A stretch of 64,000 nt of DNA from Phoronis australis (Eukaryota > Animalia > Phoronida), in contig NMRA01000033.1 of the NCBI GenBank assembly GCA_002633005.1, positions 952,611-1,016,610 of the forward strand, written 5' to 3'. A program made the position numbers and the translations under genes. Shown here in pieces: positions 61,601 to 64,000 of this stretch; the first letter of the stretch is position 1, and the number at the start of each line of letters is the position of its first letter. The notes beneath the pieces were generated by a model. The model had not been told where the DNA came from and made no database searches. It saw nothing but the letters and a program-made list of their open reading frames with translations.

Positions 61601-63789
61601 GGCGGGGGCCACAATCTACGACTTAATAGCGGCAGTGGTGGACAGTTCTCAGGTAAATACAATGTGGAGCGATACCGAGTGTGATATCAGGCTTGCGCAT
61701 CATAGACGCGAGAACGTCGCAAAAACGTAAGCTAGAGCGCACAAGAGTTCGAGAGATATCGCCGTTACATGCGAAGCGTATAGTAACACTGGCTTCCTTC
61801 ACGAGATTCTTGCGTCCACGGTACTCAACCCAGACCATGTGGACCGCGAGAGAGCAATGTTGGCCAACGCTGAAAGTTAGCCTACAACGGAGTAGGCTTG
61901 AACTCCAATTTTTTGTGACAAAAACTTGTAAACTGTTGAAGAAGACATTTCGGTGATAATTTTCATTGTAGCCCTTAAAAATGTCAATACCGTCTGCTTT
62001 ATGACAAAGCAACGAAGAGACATACATGTACTGTAGACGTTGCTGCACATCTGAAGCGAAGTGTTGTTTTCTAGTTCTACCAGCCGTCTCAAATAAACGA
62101 GACTGTAGTTGTATTGGCTATTCCCCACTGTTGTACATAAAACTTGGATTATGGTTGAAACTGGGTTCCATTCTTCCTCTCGCATAGTTCTGGGATTCCT
62201 CGTCAGGTAATGAAAGATAAGTGTGGTCAGTTGTGGTGAAAACATACTTACATGTAATTTTAATCTACCTAAAACCGATTTTGTCTTCGGACGTGTTCTT
62301 GCCAAATTTTCTCGATCACTTGGCCTGGGTCTCATCTTTGCCAGAATTTTGGTCTTGAAGGATCTCTAAACCCACCTTCCATCACCAAATTACTTTTGAT
62401 TTATGCATCTTGTCTTCATGAAATTGGGCATAAGTTATTCCTTAGTCGACTATTGGGTGACTTAAGGGCTTCACTTTGTCACCGCTTGTGACTAGACTCT
62501 ACAAGTTGACTTGTCACGGCGCGCCATTTTATGCACCGAGCACTTTCCTAAGGCGAAACGAACTGTCAGCTTTTTGCAAATCCAAAAATTGCTTCTCATC
62601 TGAGTAATAAGCAATTTGAGATTAATTTTATAGTGGTGCAGTCTAAATCAAAAGTTCGCCTTTTGACGCAATGCGGGTTTACATGTATGTGAATCTAGGA
62701 CCTTAATAAACGATGCCAACTCTTAGTCATCCAAAATCATGCTTTGTCAACCATTAAACGTATACATTTTCTGAAAAGAGAAAGATCGAGGATTCTAAAA
62801 TAATATGCTTCTTACTACAGTGTCTTCTTTGTTGTCACGTGACCACGTTTTTGAAGTAAAATGTTCATGTGCAAGAAAGGTGCTTCCATTAATAACCCCC
62901 CTAGGCGATTTTACTAAAGAGTTTTTAAATATATCTCAAAAACGCTGTTAGGAATTTTCGATTATCCTCTTAGTTTGGGTTTTATGCCAAATTAATTCGC
63001 AAAACACAAGGCATTTTTTGTAAAAAAATCGTGATCTTATTCTTATATCGTATGGTACGCAACATTAGGCATATTAAAGCAAAATCATTACAGCATTTTT
63101 GAAATAAAACGGTAATTTTTTCAATATGCAAAATCGGCTGTGGTTATATTGCTATGAATGTACCTTTCTTGCACATGGGAATTTAATCAACTTTAAACGT
63201 GGCCCCGTAACAATGATAAAGACACAGCAATAAGAAGCATATTTTTAGAACCCTAGATCTCACGATCCCTTCAGAAAATAATTTTAATGGTTAAGGAAGC
63301 ATAGTTTTTCGATATTTGACTTAGAGTTGAGGACGTTCATCCAGGTCCTAGTCGTAAGTGACTTTTCGTGGGGCCGGATGTGAGATTTGGATTTGGTGGT
63401 TTTGTCTTCATGACATTTGCATTTTACATTTTGTGATAGTAAACGATTTGAAGCCGTTAATTAAACATTCTTGTTCTCCCGCAGCTTTAGCTACGGGATA
63501 CCGTAGAAGTATTTAACCTATAACTGTGCGTACATGTACATGTAGATCACCACTCCTAGTTTGGGGCCTGTTCCTGGCTTTACGTGTTAGCAATGGTGAG
63601 GACAGTTACTTCACGAATACGCAATATCAAACCCACCTACACGTTGATCTCCTTTCAATGCCATTAATAGAAACAAAGCCAGTGATGGACGTGTTATCTC
63701 AGTTGTAATGTTTAATTACCGAAAGTTTTCGTCATTGTGTTTTTCAGGGTTTCTTTGTAGCGCTCGTGTTCTGTTTTTGCAACGGCGAG
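55203..63789 (+). CDS. Class B1 (secretin family) GPCR, calcitonin/CGRP receptor-like; partial (C-terminal exon beyond window, start exon uncertain)
   Basis: Exons: 55203-55668, 56763-56857, 57268-57359, 57803-57953, 58239-58389, 58778-58838, 59299-59368, 61043-61125, 61517-61652, 63748-63789 (1347 nt, 449 codons, no stops, phases consistent). Hormone-receptor domain CPRTWDGYGCF...CP...C...W...WTNYTAC; TM motifs KLHLNF, WMFLEGYYLH, IGWGFP, CW, VNMVFLFNILRIL, KATFILIPPFG, QGFFVALVFCFCNGE. Confidence 0.94.
55930..56525 (+). mobile_element. 3' end of a LINE (L2/CR1-like) in a GPCR intron
   Basis: RYNTWS...GKKSFSFYG C-terminal remnant, T-rich UTR, stem-loop ccccat...atgggg and (AAAT)n tail. Confidence 0.55.
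56763..56857 (+). CDS. GPCR exon: second half of hormone-binding domain
   Basis: VTASKMCTENSTWYSLPENGEWTNYTACIETS|gtaagt. Confidence 0.93.
57268..57359 (+). CDS. GPCR exon: TM1
   Basis: ttacag|HHKIVIFISIACNAISIVVLIPAVIILISY|gtaagt. Confidence 0.92.
57803..57953 (+). CDS. GPCR exon: ICL1/TM2
   Basis: QLNCQNRIKLHLNFFTCFIINGIVFILWNIFVYYDRL...KNT|gtaagg. Confidence 0.93.
58239..58389 (+). CDS. GPCR exon: TM3-TM4
   Basis: AGCKFLHALTRYTKSCTYLWMFLEGYYLHRLIV...FYIIGW|gtaagt. Confidence 0.95.
58778..58838 (+). CDS. GPCR exon: TM4 end
   Basis: ccacag|GFPALPTAIYSVIRVCLADE|gtactg. Confidence 0.92.
59299..59368 (+). CDS. GPCR exon: ECL2/TM5
   Basis: ttacag|CWIVQSIPEIEWIIYTPNLLSLL|gtgagt. Confidence 0.92.
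61043..61125 (+). CDS. GPCR exon: TM5/ICL3
   Basis: ctgcag|VNMVFLFNILRILLTQLQAHPNEPSNY|gtaaga. Confidence 0.93.
61517..61652 (+). CDS. GPCR exon: TM6/ECL3/TM7 start
   Basis: RAIKATFILIPPFGIQLLIIIYRPNSDMAGATIYDLIAAVVDSSQ|gtaaat. Confidence 0.93.
62698..63348. mobile_element. Long-TIR foldback element in GPCR intron
   Basis: TA|GGACCT...AGGTCC|TA; diverged arms, e.g. catgtgcaagaaaggt / acctttcttgcacatg and atatgcttctta / taagaagcatat. Confidence 0.75.
63748..63789 (+). CDS. GPCR 42-nt TM7 exon
   Basis: tttttcag|GFFVALVFCFCNGE|gtaata; the 14-codon TM7 exon typical of class B1 receptors. Confidence 0.94.
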
Positions 63790-64000
63790 GTAATATTTTG
63801 TCAATAAATTTCTGGGTCCCGTTTTGTGAAATGTCCTAAGTCCGGTCTTAAGCATGCTACTGCAAAACCAAGACTGCGTTTTCGAACAGGTAAATGTAAA
63901 ACGGTGGAAGTAATGAAATTACAGGTTGATCATTGTCCATGTTCAGACTTAACGAGCTAAACCACGAGTCACCCTAAGGAACACTGACTATGAACAAATT

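Overview
Eukaryotic, AT-rich, intron-rich invertebrate DNA. The gene content and frequent TACATGTA suggest a lophotrochozoan such as a mollusc (inference). I reconstructed two divergently oriented multi-exon genes by hand, with GT-AG junctions and consistent intron phases. (1) A complete CCDC47 (PAT complex subunit/calumin) lies on the minus strand: 13 coding exons from 17558 to 160, about 473 aa. (2) A class B1 (secretin-family), calcitonin/CGRP-receptor-like GPCR lies on the plus strand: 10 exons from 55203 to 63789, with a candidate start exon ending at 50551 and the C-terminal exon outside the window. It has an extra Cys-rich N-terminal module. The ~33 kb between the genes shows no intact gene and holds transposon remnants: MITEs/foldback elements, a LINE RT fragment, THAP remnants and satellites. 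The most striking non-genic structure is in CCDC47 intron 2: a Helentron/DINE-like element whose central tandem array carries 8 co-oriented CTCF-consensus motifs, interrupted by a TIR element with a 5-bp target-site duplication. Several single-N joins with flanking duplications look like assembly artifacts. No CRISPR, rRNA or intact tRNA was seen. Most ORFs in the supplied track are spurious.
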